DNA of 39,225 nt from Dimargaris cristalligena (taxonomy: Eukaryota). Positions 34,514-39,225 of this stretch are shown here, piece by piece (the stretch's first letter is position 1; every line of letters begins with the position of its first letter). The stretch covers positions 1 to 39,225 of the forward strand of contig ML002354.1 of assembly GCA_003614675.1 (NCBI GenBank). The letters run 5' to 3'. The notes under the pieces were generated by a model. That model worked only from the letters and a program-made list of their open reading frames with translations. It did no database searches and was not told where the DNA came from. Both the position numbers and the translations under genes were made by a program.

Positions 34514-37500
34514 TTTGTAATGGGTGAATGATAAAAAGAGTGAATAATGAATACTATGTATGCATATATATATATAATTTAAGATCCAAATGAACCAGAG
34601 TAGTGGTGTGGAAAGGTACAACTCCAATTTCTTGGGATTAAAGCTGAGATAAGTAGCAAAGCTGTTGGGTGAGATTGTACCCGAGTCGGGAACGGGCAAC
34701 CCGGTGGTTGGATGAGTAGTAAATGAGAGAATATATACGAAAGTCTTTGAGAGACCAGCCACTAAGTTTGAAGAACAACAACAGTGTCTAAGAGTGACAA
34801 AATAGGTTGCACTACAGGAGGCGGCCATAGTGGCCTGCCCCTAAGCCTCTCCTCCCTAAACAAAGTATCTGGGGGATGGCACTGGAGTACACTGGTCACC
34901 AAAAAGGGGATTTGATAATAAATAGTGTCGCTACTCCCATCAATTGTCGGAATCCCGGTATATAGTTCTTCAACAACAGTCACCAAAGGGATATGGATTG
35001 GATAAAAAGAGTTCATAGGAAAAGGGTCGGGTTCACTTCGAAGGGGCATGGCATGTAGGCATCATAAATACGAAACAATAACACAGCATAGACCGAAGTG
35101 ACATGTAATTAGGGTTTGAACCGCCACATTACATCCAATATTTTAAGCTATATTCTATCGAACGAGGAGATAATCAAGTAATCCAGTGTGCATGCCATTC
35201 AAGAAGACAAGAACAAGGCTGTATTAATGTGCTACAACTTGGTAGCTAGAGGCTGATTACTTGGTGTTTTTGTTTTAAAATAGTAGGGTTAGTGACCAAA
35301 GTTGTCAGAATACCTAACCGTCCTCACCGAACCCCAATATCAATTGCTTCTTGACGGAGCAACGAATCAAGGCCAGTAAGATCATCGAATGAGCCCCGGT
35401 CGTGAAATCGGAACCCACAAATCTCCCTTTACGAACGGCAGGTTGTCATTCCTCAACCAACTTTAGTCAACGGCTGTAAATTAATAATGGAGCAGCTTAG
35501 TTGTAGAAACTATTAACATGATCCTGTAAAGTACAGTCGATGAAGTTCATGGAGGTCCCGGGGCGCCCTCAATTTATACGCAGTGGCCCTGTAAATGGGG
35601 TTTGCTATGGTGGTAGTGGGATTAATGAAATAATGGAAAAATAATCATGTATACTCTATACTCAAGGTGGGACAGATCACCATCATACTGTAGCCACTGT
35701 TGGTATGGGGATAGCGAGAGTGTAGTAGTCTCACAGAGAAAAAAAAGTACACCCTACCATTACACCTATTTATTTTTTTACCACCACTGAAACAACAGTT
35801 GAAGGCAAATGTAGGAGGCCTTTCTCTTCTAGGCACATTGCTGCGACTATAGTTATTAACAGCTTCCAAAAATATACCTATATTTTTGCCTTATTTTTAT
35901 AAAACCCCCAATAAAAATGGAGAATAGGTTGATCTTCGAATGGATTTGTCGGTGGGACGATGGATGCAGCTTGGCCCTACAAAATGGCTTGTTCAAAGAC
36001 CAGGGTGTCATTAAATTTACTTTAAGGAGCTATTGCCCCGTCTATAGAATACTGGGTCCATATGGCTCTACAGGCCTGCTATTCCAATCTAACAGAGGGT
36101 GTTTACTCTATGGAACATTACAGTTGGTAACCATAAAAAATGAGATAAATGTGAATTAAGGTATGCGGTTTTTTAAAGCGATATGTGGCGGAGAATATAT
36201 AAACGGAAGAATATAGTAGTGATAGGAGCGCTAGTAAACTGAGGAGACGCCAATATGGTAAGTAGAGCACCCTGTATATGTAGTCGGCTCTGATTCTATC
36301 AGGTGCAGCTGCTAATGTCTGGTAGACGCGAGGTTCGTATCTGTTAAGTATAGGGGCCTTGGGATGGACCTAATGATGATGGGGCGATACCATGTTCGCT
36401 ATGCCTTGGTCAACGATGGCAAGGGCTTATCAATTGTCTGTGATCAGGGTTTCTAAATGATCGGGCACCTGGTTACTTTGGTCACCGGGTATACTGTCCT
36501 GGGGCAAGGGTGAAGACACGTCGGTATCAGCGGCATTACTCCCAACCGCAGGGTTAGAAATAACACCTATATTATCTCGTTGCTGCGCATGGGTTCTATT
36601 TTCTCTTTTTTATTCGTTTTATATTTTACCCATATCACAGTGACCAGGCTACTTCCCCCTTCATTATGAATCGAAATTTGTCAAAAAAAAAAAAATCACC
36701 GTGCAGGCAATAATGGTGATAGAGGAATACACAATATGGTATATCGAATATGTAAATGGAGATATAGAAATGACCAAAGGGGTGTGAACCCTTCGGTAGT
36801 TGCTGTGCCTTATTGATAAAACTAGTCAATGTTGGCGTCAAGATCCCAAAGATAGGTCGGCTTTAATCCCATGGATTATTACGCATAATACTATCAATAG
36901 TTATAGTACTGTACTTGTTCTTAGCCTTCTTCCCTTCAACCCAGTACGGGTTTCCCTCCGAAAACACGTTTGACTGTATCCCGGATTCCATTGTTGATTA
37001 CATTAAACACCGCCAGGCTTTATTATCGAGTTTGAATCCCCATTAAAATGTCCACCATTTAACACATCGAGTTACTGGTTTTCTAGAAATACATGGTATG
37101 ATGGACTAGCCGTGATATACGGTAAAATAGTATAAGTCGCCCTAAATTGACCACACATGTTTTTATTTTCAAGAAAATCTATTTTATTTGGCCACATCAG
37201 CTCCATAGACCAACCAACCCCGCATCCAAAGGATGTGCCCCGGTTTGGAATATCCTAACGAATGCAGCGAGTGGGCCTGGCATCTTCAAATAGGCTACTG
37301 CACCCTTGGGATGAACCCGAGATTATCAGTGCGGAGTGGCGGTCCCTTTGCCCATTCACTTAACGAAATACCTATCCATATATCACACTACATCACCCCT
37401 TTCATGTGTAGCATTCACTGGTGCTCGTGGTTTTACTTGGAGTCAATCAATCAGCCTTTTCATGTTATTCGTTCCGCAAATTGCAATACATCCAGCCTAA

Positions 37501-38586
37501 CAAGAGCGCAGAACTCAACGACGTGTAATACCCCTAAATTGCACCGCTAGACCACCCGGACAATCTATAATTTGAAAAGGCTGGTGACCATTCTCGCAAA
37601 CATACTAACCATTGTAAGCCAATAACAACCAAACTAGTATCAGGTTGTATATACTGGCCATTTCGATGAGTTGGATTGGCAGGCACGCCCCCAAGAAAGG
37701 AAATAGAAGCTTTGATGTGATGAATAGTTTAAAACGCAGAAGTTCGGCCCAGGGCCCTCTATAACATCGAGGGAGTTACGATTATCGCTCTACACACTCA
37801 TTTATCAATTCGGAATATTATCTAGACCTAATTCCGGATGAAAGATGTTCCGTCAGATGCGCGATTAATGTGCCGTGATTGACATTGCCAGGCCAAGGAC
37901 TGTCGGCTAACCAATTCGGCTCGGGACTTACGATGGTGGTGAGTTTCGAAGTCAATATGTCTTTTAAAGGGGAGATGCAATGTGAGAATCCCAATTATAT
38001 TATACCCCCCAAATGAGTCTTAACCCCTTGGTAAGTCCACGGATGGTCAGTTGTCATTTATGTGGCAGTTAGTTAGCGAGTGATTTTTTAAACCGGCGAA
38101 AAGTTTTACGAAAAACTGGCCTGTACGATGATCCCGCCATCAAAAAATGCTTCAATAGGATCTATACATTGGGGGCGGACGTTCACTCTTGACTGCAGCA
38201 GCATCCTTTAACGGGTATGCTATACAACTCGCGGATGTGCCGCATGTTCCAATAGCCTACAGATGTAATTTCTGCTTCCTAATAATCATGGGGATGGCCA
38301 TTGCTCCCTAATTGGTACAACCATGAGTGAAGGAGTATTCCACCTCGGAAATAGTGATATCACCTCCATTGGCCAGGGTACCCATGGGGTCCGTTCCATG
38401 TAAATTAAAACCTATTTAAACTGGCCAATTCCGCTCATTTACACCAGCATCCATCTATTCCTAACCATGCCTTATAACCAATTCAACTCGATAGTGATTA
38501 TAATAATCACCACTTAAATACACCTCACGGCACTAGACCCCCTACAGTATTTCTCTTCAGCTCACCACCACCACTGCAAAAACAGC

Positions 38587-39033
38587 ATACATTTCATTAC
38601 GGGTCTAACTTTGCTTGCTGCCAGCCTGCTGGGTGCATCTGCTCTGGCTATTTTCAACAACAACACCTGCTGTAATATTTACTGGAATGACCAGAAGCCT
38701 GAGAGCAAAAGGTCCCCCATTCACCTGTTAATTTGGTGTGATCCAGCCATCGACTATGCTACAACATGCCCCAAACCCACTACCGGAACCGAACCCAAAC
38801 CCAAACCCAAACCTGAGACGGAGACCGAAACTGAAACTGAACCTAAGGTTGGCAGCAACGGCACTACCGACACCAGTACTGACCCCAGCAATGACACTTG
38901 CTGTAGCACTTACTGGGATAATCAGAAGCCCGAGAGGGGAAGAAACCCCACTCATCCGTTTCTTTTATGTAGCTCTACCATCGACTATGCCATAACATTG
39001 TCACAGTGTGGTGGTATCAAGCCACTAAAATGA
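38587..39033 (+). CDS. Small secreted Cys-rich protein with an internally duplicated ~38 aa domain. The expected start codon reads ATA (start-loss pseudogene or non-AUG start)
   Basis: The frame reads (ATA)HFITGLTLLAASLLGASALA, a signal peptide. It continues NNTCCNIYWNDQKPESKRSPIHLLIWCDPAIDYATTC, a PK/ET linker, then NDTCCSTYWDNQKPERGRNPTHPFLLCSSTIDYAITLSQC. TATTTAAA at 38413. No ATG between the in-frame TAA at 38515 and the stop. Confidence 0.7.
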   Translation: MHFITGLTLLAASLLGASALAIFNNNTCCNIYWNDQKPESKRSPIHLLIWCDPAIDYATTCPKPTTGTEPKPKPKPETETETETEPKVGSNGTTDTSTDPSNDTCCSTYWDNQKPERGRNPTHPFLLCSSTIDYAITLSQCGGIKPLK

Positions 39034-39225
39034 ACAACAAAATATATTAAAAAGGGCAGGGTGGCTTCTCCAGGCGAACTAGTTAGTCACTTTATGAAAT
39101 TCTTTAAAAATATAATACTTTTTATAATAAAATAAAACCAGTTTAAACCAAAGTAATAGAAATACCTGTTTGGAAGCTCAAAAGGACCATTTCCTTGGCA
39201 ACCACAACTTTAGATGCATAAAGAC

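Noticed and set aside
34762-38400. Short ORFs, including a weak retroelement-like phrase near 34950
   Set aside because: Too short and interrupted. No RT, integrase or LTR evidence.

Overview
Eukaryotic, intron-containing nuclear DNA. GT-AG introns are mostly 55-290 bp with CTAAC/CTAAT branch points, exons are GC-richer and spacers AT-richer. Gene content and style fit a fungus, probably an early-diverging lineage (inference, not provable here). Recognisable genes: DNA polymerase delta subunit 4, a MacroD-type macrodomain hydrolase, a secreted S28 serine peptidase, a Max-like bHLH-ZIP transcription factor, and a secreted non-catalytic protein with seven CBM18/hevein chitin-binding domains. 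Between them lie lineage-specific genes: a ~390-414 aa secreted orphan, a two-exon divergent RRM-like protein invisible in the ORF track, a secreted His/Gly-rich plus Asp-rich precursor with a Kex2-like KRR site, a Cys-rich duplicated-domain secreted protein whose start codon reads ATA, and several small multi-exon orphans or pseudogenes. A ~200 nt segment upstream of the bHLH gene looks like a structured RNA on the + strand. No tRNA, rRNA, CRISPR array or intact transposon could be supported. All exon models were built by hand and are untested.
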